Shown: positions 50,900 to 61,808 of the stretch, piece by piece | Position numbering within the stretch: the first letter of the stretch is position 1 | Layout of the letters: each line of letters opens with the position of its first letter | Source: Elsinoe ampelina | Lineage: Eukaryota | DNA: 64,000 nt | Reading direction: 5' to 3' | Assembly: GCA_010093995.1 (NCBI GenBank) | Contig: ML992502.1 | Span: forward strand, 2,302,728 to 2,366,727 | Notes under the pieces: model-generated | Databases searched by the model: none | What the model was told of the DNA's origin: nothing | What the model saw: only the letters and a program-made list of their open reading frames with translations | Position numbers and translations under genes: made by a program

Positions 50900-52827
50900 G
50901 ACGCAGCGAACTTTCAACCCGGCGTGCAAGATTTCACAAGCGAGAACAATCCAAGCATGCTCGGCGGATAACGAAGGGCGACCCGCTGGCGCTTCGGGTA
51001 TACGATCCATATCTATACCACGCAGCTCTTGCAGGTATCGTGAGGCGTGGTCCAGCTCGACGAAGAAGGCCTCCGGAAGAGGTGGTGGTCCGAATGGCCT
51101 TGAATTATTCAGTGTATCAATACAGTATGGTCCTTATGAGGACAACGTGGACGGTCATCCAAGCTCACTTGGAAGTACTTCATCCAGTGGGATGAAAACA
51201 TCTTTGGCCACACCGCTGAGTGTCCTTGAGTCGGGGGAATCGGCATGAATCTAGTAATTGAACGCTATAGGTTGAGAGCTTGTAGATATCGTCAACTTTG
51301 TCTGCCAATCCAGACATGTTCATTTGATCCCGCTTGATCTTGACCACAACAGCACCTACCCCTCGATGCCATGCAAGCTTTCCTTTGATTACGCACTCCG
51401 AATGCTTGCATGAAGGGTGACCAGAGCTCCTAACGTTTCAGCTGCCGCACTTTCGCAGAGCCAACCGTTACGTCTTGTCATACAAACGTCGGCGCTAAGC
51501 GTTGACATTTCTCACAGTCAGCGCTTCATGTTGCTCAAGCGATGCTTCCTGTCTCTGCTGAGACGAGAGCTCGAGCACAACCGGCTGCATTGAAAGAAAG
51601 ACACAACCAACGGTGTATGCAGAAAGTCCGGAGGAAGCATAGCCATGTCTAGATAGAAGGACGGGGGATGAAGTTGGACATGACCAAAGGACTAACCCAC
51701 TCGCGATCCTGTAGGCACAAATTTGGGGCCGAGATTTGCATCTGCAGGCAGAACTGGCGGTCTGCGGTCTGCTCTCCAAATGGTCAAAACTAGCCGGCGT
51801 CTGTGCAGCATGGGTCTCCAGTTTTGATCATTCATGCAATGTGGCTCCGGCGCATGGTCCGATGGAGATTTGACAGGAGAGCAAAACAATACACAGCGAG
51901 AGTATTGGCTGTGCTAGTCCGGCTGTGCTGACAAGTGACCTCGAGAATTCGAAGACAGTCGAGTCCTTCTCTGCCCTACACCCTATTCCGAACAGTGGCT
52001 CGAATGACAGGGAAGCCGGTTTCACCTCCGGACTCTTTCTCTCAAGCAAATGGAAGGGTCCAAAATGCAGGTCCTGCCGGGGATTTCTCTGCGTGTCAGC
52101 TGAACGAAAACGTGAACCGTCATGGACACACCAATGTGGCAAGCTGGCCCAACTCGAGACACATTCCACGTTCCTTCAAGACATGATCCCGCAACTCCAT
52201 CTCTGTTCTACCCGAGCATGTTTGCCATTCCATCATCTCAACAAACATGTGGTACTGCTCCGGAAGTACACAGCAGGCGTGGGCGGAGCCTTGTCAAGCC
52301 ATCACTTGATCGGCGGGACTCGACGGGTCTGGGTCTGGGAGGGCAGCGCTGTGACCGACTTGCGTCACAAGGAGCGGGCCAGTCAGGGCGATGCACGAAT
52401 GGCTTTGGACGAGAGACGGATGGCTTTGGTATGGCCAATGACGAGCTCGACTGAGATCTGGCTAAACCCAACGCAGCTGGACGTTCCGCAGAAGTTGGAT
52501 TGGTCTGTGCGCGCCCGATGGGCATGGTCTTTCAGGTCTCCCCCCGCCCTCCTTCAATTGCCAGCCTCAACCCTTCTCCGACCGTCTTAGTTTCTCCAAA
52601 AGAACCCTTTGGTGCTCCCACATCGCTCAACAACTACACCGCTCTATCAACTCCATCTCTCGCATACGCTACCTCGACATCATTCCCATCTCCGCCAGGC
52701 TCGATCGTCGGCTCCCATTAATCGCTCTTGCACACCGAGCTTTGTTTTGATCAACGCATCCGGCTAGCTCCGACACCGCTACTTTCATCACTCTTCAGCT
52801 CTATCCCAATACATCACTACCACAATC

Positions 52828-53476
52828 ATGGCGAGCTTCTATCACCCAGGTCACTCGTACGGAAACAGCATTGGAGGCGGTCACAACCACAACCACCACG
52901 GTCGCTCTCGTCGAGGACCAAGAGGTGTATCTTCGTCGCACAATGCCCATCGTCAGCACAATCTCATCAAGCAGCAACAAAGAAGCCCCAAACAGCCATC
53001 TGAGAACCCGGCATTTGCCGCCTATGTCAAGGATCTCGAGGCTGCCAGGAGCTTCGACATTGAGGACGATGAAGTATTCTGCCCTGTCCACCTCTTGACT
53101 GAGGACGATGTATGACGGAATGACCCTCTGTTGCCTTGCGACCTCCACTGACATTTCTCAGCTCCAGTCTATGCACTCTTCCTCCGCCTCCGATCGTTCT
53201 TCCTTATCCTCTGCTTCTCCAGAAGCATCACCGATGCAGCAGCAGGTCCACCCTACCCCTTCCTTCATCGTCTCCGGGCCTGCCAGCTACAACCATAATG
53301 CCTTCCACCACAACAACCGTGCTTCCCAGCAGCACACAAAAGTTTATCAACCTGTCGCTCAGCGTCACCGTCAGGCGATACCCATTGTTGACCCTTCCAC
53401 TCGTTCGGTCGCCAGCCCGCCACCAAGTGTTTCGCCTGCCCGGCAGATGCAGCACCAGTATGCCCGTCGCTGGTAG
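52828..53476 (+). CDS. Small His/Gln/Ser-rich hypothetical protein; intron 53110-53161
   Basis: MASFYHPG...EAARSFDIEDDEVFCPVHLLTEDD/LQSMHSSSASDRSSLSS...IPIVDP...YARRW*. A canonical intron keeps the frame. Confidence 0.75.
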
Positions 53477-54444
53477 ACGACGCAAGTTCGTTGCTCTCCA
53501 AGCTGCTGGTTTCTGATGCTGCTCATCTGTTCGAGGTTTTTATTATCATTTGGTTGCGGCGCTGGTGCTGACTGGGCCTGTGCGAAGGGTCGTTTACGAC
53601 TCTTTCCGGCGCATGGTCTTTTCCACCACATTGTACAGATTCATGAATTTTCCTGGCCCAGGTCATGGCCACTTGATGATACCACAATGAGCGTTTTTTC
53701 TGGCGAATACAAAAAACATCATTCAAGCGATACCTCGAATCAGCAGCATCACGGCGTTTACGTCCAGCTTTTACTGGACATGAGCATTTTCAATACAGCG
53801 ACATCAGATACCAGCAGTTTACGAGAGCGGCACAACTTTGCGAGCGTTCTTTCTTGATACCAGCATGGACACGACTTGGATAGTAGATGGGCGAAAGATA
53901 TAAAAGATTTCTGGATTTTTCCTCCTCTGGGCGGCTCTCGGCAATGATTGCGATACACCTCTCCATTTTCCATTTGACCTATGTTTATTTGGTTCCTACT
54001 CAACTTTTCCACTCACGAAACACAACTGCTTTGTCTACTATCGCTCGGCGCCAGGACGAATGGAGGGAGTGTTGCCTACAAATAACAAAAGAACAGATCA
54101 CGGGATTGGATGACGAAAGCGGTAACCCAAACGGACGAATTGCAACGATGTTCCGCGTCTTTGCGATCATGTCTACTGGGAACCGGCGAATGACGATGGT
54201 GTTGTGTGGGTCTTGTTTTCGGTTGCACATATCCCGCGTCGCGAGGTGTTATTGGGTCTGATCTATTAAACGTCCGGTCATGATATGCCGACGATGGGGG
54301 ATGGGGGGGTGGTAACAAGAACGCTTACGCTTTATGTAGCGGATGTAGCGATAGTGGATTACAGTATTGACAGCCTGAAGGCCTTTTACTCTTACCTGCT
54401 CTCCCCTTGTCCTCGTAGTCTTCCCTCGCCCAGCCGCCACGGTC

Positions 54445-55394
54445 CTACTTCCTCCTCGTCCCCTGCTCCCTCAACACCTCCGCCCCCGAAGCTTTGCCCT
54501 GCCCCTCCCCTCCCCTCCTCACCTCCCCCTCCCTTCCCCCCTCCTGCACCAACCTCGCCCTCCTCTCCTCATCAAAATACTCCGGATAACTACTCCGATA
54601 CCCCAACCACCACTCCCCGACCCACTTCCCCACCACCACGCCAAACCCCCAACTCAACCACCTGCTCACCACACCCGGGCCCGGGAAAGCAAGACTCGTC
54701 TCCGCATCATGCAACATGAGCGCCAACTGGGGCAGAGACGGACTCACGCCTTGGACGGTACAGTCCTCGAGGTAAGAGTATATGTTGCGGAAAAAGCGCT
54801 CGGAGGCGCCGAGGATGGAGGCGCGGGAGGAGGGGGAGAGGAGGGATTGGTGGGGGGAGAGGAGGGTGGAGATTTCGATGATGCAGGGGACGGGGGAGAG
54901 GGGGTCGGCGCGGAAGGTGTGTCGGGCGCCANNNNNNNNNNNNNNNNNNNNNNNNNNNNNNNNNNNNNNNNNNNNNNNNNNNNNNNNNNNNNNNNNNNNN
55001 NNNNNNNNNNNNNNNNNNNNNNNNNNNNNNNNNNNNNNNNNNNNNNNNNNNNNNNNNNNNNNNNNNNNNNNNNNNNNNNNNNNNNNNNNNNNNNNNNNNN
55101 NAGACTTACCCTTGACGGATGAAGAATTGCTCTTCTTGGTACCTGGGCTGGTTAGAAGGAGGACGGGGAGGAGAGGTGGGGTTTTTCATACCAATGCCAG
55201 TGGAAGGGAGGGATCAAGACGTTCTTGTCATCCGGCACGTCCTTGAAGTCTTGTGGTCGATGGGTGGTCTGGATTTCAAGCACTGATTTGCCATCTGGTG
55301 GTGTGACCCATTTGGTTGAGCGGGCTCCGTTCCATTGGGTCAGCTCGTCAATGTGAGCGGATGGAGTGCGTTTGACGTGGAAGTTGGACGACAT
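54445..55394 (-). CDS. Cupin-like (RmlC-fold) protein interrupted by the assembly gap
   Basis: PPFHWHW/YQEEQFFIRQG before the gap; GARHTF...ERFFRNIYSYLEDC...SPSLPQLALML...GYRSSYPEYF after it. Confidence 0.75.
54932..55101. other. Assembly gap (170 N)
   Basis: Run of N in the sequence. Confidence 1.
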
Positions 55395-55947
55395 GGTGAT
55401 GCACTGAGACGTTGAGAAGGAGGAGAAGGAATACTTGCAGTTTTGACACGACGAGGTGGTAGTAAGCGAGCTTGTAAACGTTGTTCGAGCTTACCTTGTG
55501 CTCGGCTTGGTGGGGACGGGCTTGCTGACCTCAGACGAAGAGGCGCATCCTACTTCACATGGCGACCGGGTGCGGTGGCTTCACGGCTGCAGCTCAATGG
55601 AGTAGCACTTGACGCACCCTCTATACCAATGATCTGCATGGCACGTGTTCCTGACTTCAAAACACTTGCCGAGGTCATCGAGGTCGAGATCTCATCTTCA
55701 GAATTCAGAGTCAGTGCACATTGCAAATCGAATGCTCTGATTGGCTGAGGCATTTCTGAGCTGCGATGACGTGGGAGACCAGTAAGGAGCTCGACATTCG
55801 TTCGTCCAGAGACAAACGTCTTTATTCTCTCTGCCATTGCTCTCATTCACTCGACCAGACACTCTCACGCTGAACACTGTGCCATACACAACCATATCAA
55901 AACCCAATCTCACCTTTCTGAGCACATCTAGATCCAATTGAGCTACC

Positions 55948-56322
55948 ATGTCTCCCACTCTCCGCCTCATCGCCCGCCGCACCGTCGCCAGTTCTCCAGC
56001 GCGATCCTTCACCACCTACCGGCCCTTGTTTGCAGGCAAGGAGTCAGAGCTACGTACGACTTACCCTTCCGACCACGTTCGCTTCATTGCCCACAGAAGA
56101 TGCTGACTCCATCCAGACAGCGAAGGCCGCGCCGAGGAAGCCGAAGCCGCCAAGCAGGATCAGTTGAAGAAGGCACAGGCTACCGGCAAGGGCGAGTACA
56201 AGGACACGCTGGCCAGCGACAGCGAGAGTATCATCAAGGCGGACAGGGGCGAGCACGGTAGCACTGCCGACACGATCAAGGAGCTGCAAAAGGAGGGGGA
56301 GAAATTGGCCAACAAGAAGTAA
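55948..56322 (+). CDS. Small hydrophilic putative mitochondrial protein (~103 aa); one intron at about 56054-56117
   Basis: Arg/Ser/Thr-rich presequence-like start MSPTLRLIARRTVASSPARSFTT, then charged helical sequence ...KQDQLKK...LASDSESIIKADR...IKELQKE. The spliced form is not in the ORF track. Confidence 0.75.
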
Positions 56323-56742
56323 TGCACCAGGTAGCGGACCACGAACGGTCATGATACTAAGAAGGGTCGGTCGGGTCGGAGCAGAAGGATGGCAGAGAAG
56401 AGACAGGGCTTGACGGGTAGGAGGCATCAGCATAGCTGGCAATATACAAGATCGACAGAGATAGGAAAGTAACAGATTCATGCATGCCTTCACACTGCCA
56501 CCCCCCCCTTCAAGATCATCCCGCGAGTAAGTGCAGCTCATCGCATGAACAAAGATTCATTCATATCTACAAATTACCTCCGTCGTAAAGAGTATCTCAA
56601 GCCATCGCTGCCACCCAAAACCCAAACGCCATTGCCTCCATCTGATCCACGCGCACCAGCGCACATGTACAATCAATTCCTCTTCCTCTGTCATTCAACC
56701 TCCCTCTCCTCTCCCCTCCCCCTTCCCCCACCACAGACAAAC

Positions 56743-58928
56743 TCAACCAGCAAGCGTCTGCAACCTCACCAGTTTCTCCTCACATTTCGGCTCCAACAAC
56801 CACCCCCCCTCGACCTCCTGATGTTTCGTCGCCACCAACTGCGCCACGAGCCAGAACTTGTAACTCGACTTGAAAAACCCTGCTTTGGTCCAGGCGTCGC
56901 TGGACGTCGAGTTGCATGTTGAAATCCAGAGTTCGCGCCATCGTTGCAGGGCCTGGAGGGCGCGGGCGATGACGGGGTCGGAGGAGTCGGGGGCGGGGGC
57001 TGATGGGGCGGGGCGGGAGGAGGGATGGGATGTGGGGCCGGGACCTGTGGGGGAGGAGAAGTGCGTGGAGGAGGGGAGGGGGCGGGGTTTGAAGGGGGGG
57101 ATGGAAGGGCCGAAGGGGGTGCGGAGGACGAGGTGTGCGGAGATGAAGGCGTAGAGGACTGAAGGGTTAGCTTCGGATGGGAGACGAGGGCGGGGGATGG
57201 CTTACCGTGGATCAGGAGGAACATGTCGAGTACTGTTAGGCCTTCTCCTGATATGAGTCCTTGCGCGCTGGCGTCGTCCTGGAAGAGTGCTCCGAAGCCT
57301 TGACGTAAGGTCAGGCCACGGTTGAATCGAAATGCGGGCTCGGCGAAAGGGTTGGGACTGCTGAAGAGTAGCTCGTCGCAGGGAAGGTCGCATTCCATCT
57401 CGGCAAAGGACAGGCGGCAGGGGTAGTTGTGGAAAAATAAGAATGCACCATCGAGACTGTGGATGATGTTCATGGTTCTGACGCGACACTCCTTTTGAAT
57501 CCATAAGTGCTGGTGGATTCGGTCTTCAGGCTGGTGTCGGATCTTGTGCAATGATGTGCTTCTTGCAACTCTAATGACTTCTGAGAATCGTGCTTCCATG
57601 CTTCGGTCTCGTGCCAGACGATTACCGGCCCAATGCTGGACGACCACGTTGAGGTAAGCTGCTTGAAAGTGCTGAAATTGTAGCCAATCCATCGACTCTA
57701 TCGAAGCGGCAGTGTGGCTCATCATTGCTCGCTTGACTTCCACGTCAGGACTAAATACGTCTGTGCTGAAGACAAACATTTCTATAAGATCGAGGAGAGA
57801 CTTTGCCGCAGACAGTTCCCTCGTGTCGACTGAATACATGGCGCCCATGAATACAACCGAGGCCAGCAAAGGAAGTGGTGTTGTCTCAATGTCGAAAGTG
57901 GCAATGTGTATGATCGGACAATTCGGGTGCCAGATCTTGCGATACATGGAGACGAATCGACGAACTCGGCCTGGTGTAAGCAGAAAGTGAAGATCTGCGT
58001 TCAACTCCTGTTGCCTGTGGAGATCCAGGTTGAGCTTCGCCAAAGCGATCTGTAATGCCTCAATCAATGCTGCAACATTGGGTGTCTGTGGTTCTGCATA
58101 AGCGGCATAGTCACAAGAGTCTGGCGACGAGGTACTGTTGAACCCCCAAATAGATTCGTGATTTGCTATGCCAGATATCGAGTCTTGCCACTGCTGATGG
58201 AAGGCGTCGAACGGGCCATCAAAGAAGGAATTGAAAGATGTACGATATGAGGCGAGGTCGGGCATGTTACCCATAGTCGGATCAAAGAACTCGGGAGGGT
58301 ACATCGACATGAAGTCTTGCTGAAAAGCCATGGGCTGTGCTGGTGGTATCTGCTTGAAGGGCTGTGCTTTAATGGCAGGGCTGTTCTTCGCCGATTGGAG
58401 TCGCCCCGGAAAGTGCCAGTCTTCCATGAAGCCGTCTTGTCCGCCATTGAGAAGAAACTTGATCGATCCCATGTCGGCGTGACGATCACTGGTAGGCGTA
58501 GGAGTGCCCTCTGACTTTGGTTGGACGGAAGAGGAGGAGGGATGCATCGGCGCTATCGGTACTGGAGTTGAAGCTGGCGATTGAGTCTTGTCGGGTCGTA
58601 GACATGGTGTGCCTCGCTTTTGACATGAGCTGCAGGGATTATTGCCATCGCATCGCAACTTCATGGAGATGCACAATTCGCATGCATGACGTCGGCGGCC
58701 TTTCTGGTCTGTCTCTGGGATGGGTCTGCTGCCACGTTCAGGACAGTCAGAGTAGTGATTGCGGAGACTGTCGCAACGTGCAAAGGCATCGTTGCAGAAA
58801 CCACAGACGTAGGGTTTGAGTCCAGAATGTCGGAGTTGATGCCGCTTCAGATGATCTGTCCTCGTGAAGCCCTGTTGACACACATCGCAGCGAAAGCGAG
58901 GTGGAGGCTTCTCGGACTTGACCTGCAT
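56743..58928 (-). CDS. Transcription factor with two C2H2-type fingers, a Zn(II)2Cys6 cluster and a fungal-specific TF domain; intron at about 57205-57159
   Basis: CDVC...FTRTDHLKRHQLRH-SGLKPY-CGFC...H; HACELCISMKLRCDGNNPCSSCQKRGTPC; WHPNCPIIH; the last exon ends ...CEEKLVRLQTLAG*. Confidence 0.92.
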
Positions 58929-60018
58929 TGTCGACTATGCACACCGGGTAATGCCCTGTACATGCGCCGTGGTATGTCGTCTAGTACCACGAAGCTTGAT
59001 CATGACATGGTCCGGATTACCTCCAGGATAGCACGACGTCGTGGGTGGGACAGCGGATACAGGGCAGACTTCTTCTCCCCGGACTTTTGGACAAAGTTTG
59101 GATGGGACAAGCAGAGTCCACGGCGGCGAAACTGGGGTCGACGGCACTGAGACTCCCGGAGATCCAGGCCCCTGCACTCGCCGCCCCTGCAAAGGCATTG
59201 AAAAGCCACCCAACTGCCGGTGCACGGGGCGCTGAGACTCCATCGCTGGCGGCGGAGAGCGAGACGAACCGGAGGAGGACTTGGCAGGCATCTCTCACAT
59301 TTTCATCAGCCTCCAAGTTACTCCCCCAGCACTATGTTACCATAAATCCAACATATTAAATCATCCAGTATAGCCAATTAAGCGCCATCGGACTCGTAGC
59401 TCAACACCTCCACGATGTCAGCCTTCAGCGAGGATTGTCCTGTTGCCACGATCCAATTGGGAAACCGCTGCAACGTCGTCCGAGATCGGCGTGCCTTGCA
59501 TCACCAGAGCCTGGACCCCTGTCCCTGCATGTCATCCTGATGGTGTTCATGAGGGAAGAAGAGACCAGTCTTGACCAAAACGTCGCGCTGGACAACACGA
59601 GACCTGTTGATGAAAATGACCGGTCCGAGAAGAGTGACGTCTTCTGCGACTTGACCAAAGTATGCGAGTCTGCTCCCGAGCCATGGAATGAGATGCTAGT
59701 ATCTTGCTGGAGCTCTCGGTATTAGGAGGAAGTAGTTGTTGAAGAGATATCCAAGCGCAAGTGCTAGAAGAGAATCGCAGACTTGAAGCACACTAACGCC
59801 TCGACGTGCTGCAACCATTCTTATCCATGGTATAACATATGCTCCACACCATCGTAAAAAGCCAGGATGATCACCGAGGGCTTGTAGTAACGTAGGTCTC
59901 CTCTGCATCATACTACGATATAGGTAATCAGTACCGTAAGGATCCAGAAGGTCTGCCATGTTAATTGTGTAATTTGAAGGACAAATTCTGCATGAGCAAA
60001 ATGCTAGAAATAGGTCAG

Positions 60019-60096
60019 GACAAGTAGAGTTCACAAGACAAGTAGAGTTCACAGGACGGGTAGAGTTCACAAGGCAAGTAGAGTTCATGAGACAAG
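60019..60096. repeat. 18-bp minisatellite, about 4 copies (GACAAGTAGAGTTCACAA-like)
   Basis: The core GTAGAGTTCA recurs every 18 nt. Confidence 0.85.
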
Positions 60097-61808
60097 GTTG
60101 AAAGCAATTGCATTCATGATTGCCTAATGCTAATGGTCGATGTCGAGCCTGCCTATTATCTCATCGTCTGTTCGTTTATTCTGCTGATGCTCAAGGCGGT
60201 CTAAGGGTCGTCAGGAGGGTTCACGACCTAGGACACCGTTGTAACTTACATTTGTTTGTGAAAAACGGCATGAGGATGATGTGGCCAATAACAAAAATGC
60301 ATGGCGAGCTGAGTTTGTCCTGCGAGGTATTAGCATGCTGACAGAAGGGTGAGAAAGGGTTAAGGCAAGATGCGAAGCAAGATGCGAAGCTTACCACGTA
60401 AATACCAGTATAGCATCCACAACACAACGATGACGATGTTCTATGTTACGAACGAAGTGGTGAATGCGTGGAGAGTTCTGAGCATAGCGGCCATGGTTGA
60501 TGAGTTGCAGAGAGCGATGATGCTTCGATGAGGATCCGATGAGGAGGGAACGAGTATGTGACAAGGGTTCGACGAGGGATTGCAGTTGATATGATTTGAG
60601 TGTGTCGAGGCAGCGATCGATGTGTAATTAATGGCGATGGATGAGTGTGATGGATGGTGTTTGTGGGTGAAGGAGAGTGGAAGGAGAGTGGAAGGAGAGT
60701 GTGTCGAAAATTGTTTTTATGGAGCTGCGAACAGAAGGGACGACTGGGGTGGTAACCGGCCACACTGATTCTCCAGGACGGAAGTTGGGGGCCCGCGGAC
60801 TTGACATGTCTATACGATCTGCATCGCTAAACCGCTTCGCTATGGCTAGCAACGTTGACAGATCCACGAATCAAACCACCCCAAGCACTGAGCCGCTAAA
60901 CGATCCAACACTTCTATCCACAATAAGCATAACCTATCCGTCGAGCTTGATCGTCCTTCCTCTTCCGCCGCCAACCTAGAGCCTAGACGGACTTCGTCCC
61001 GTCCATCATCAAGCCGTATGGCCTCAACATCCCGGATCTGAGCGACAGACCGTTACAGGCCCAGCAATCCATGAAACATGCTACTGGGCACGGAGGGATG
61101 CTGATCCGTGACCTTATGCTTACACCGTAGGTGGTCAATCATCCTCTACCATGGTTCTGGATAATCTAGGGACGAATACTACAACTTCATTGACCTTGGC
61201 TCCAAACTTTCATTTCACTTGTCATTGAGCGCTTCCTAACCACATTTTTGAAGTCTGCGCGTATTATACACAGCATTCACCTTGAACCGGTTCCCTCGGA
61301 ATAAGCTACTGCGGCCCAGGTTGTTTGATCTGCTCACCAAGGCCGTTCCACCGTTTACTGTTACCTTTCCGCACCTTATGCTGACCTCAAGCGTTCTTTT
61401 ATAGGGCCAAGATCATCAGTCTATGCACCTCTCACACGTGGTCGCCCAAACGCTTTCCTCTTGCAGCTTGCCACAACATACCATTTGCTCACTTGTCGAT
61501 CCCGTCCATTGGACAGAATGTCATACCGTCAGGACCTACGCCGTTCCATAGCTGCACGCCACCCATTAAACCGTCTCAGCACCTCAGTCTATCGATCAGA
61601 AGATCAAACGGACGGCACGCGATGTATTCGTCATTCTTCTGCCCATCCTATATCTACCATGCATTCCTGATTGATTTGGAGCCCCAGCAAGCCTTGGGGT
61701 TCACAGGTGAACGCGGCACTCGTAATACTTTGTTTCTTCCTTTGTACGACCTAATACCGCTACTTAATACGACCACCTAATACTACACATTAATAACAGT
61801 AATACGAA

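Noticed and set aside
56743..58928. Melanin regulator Cmr1/Amr1 (same C2H2 + Zn2Cys6 architecture)
   Set aside because: The finger sequences do not resemble Cmr1 as I recall it, and no PKS or reductase genes are in the window, so no symbol was assigned.
60019..60096. CRISPR-like array
   Set aside because: The units are contiguous 18-mers without unique spacers, in a eukaryotic context, so this is a simple minisatellite.
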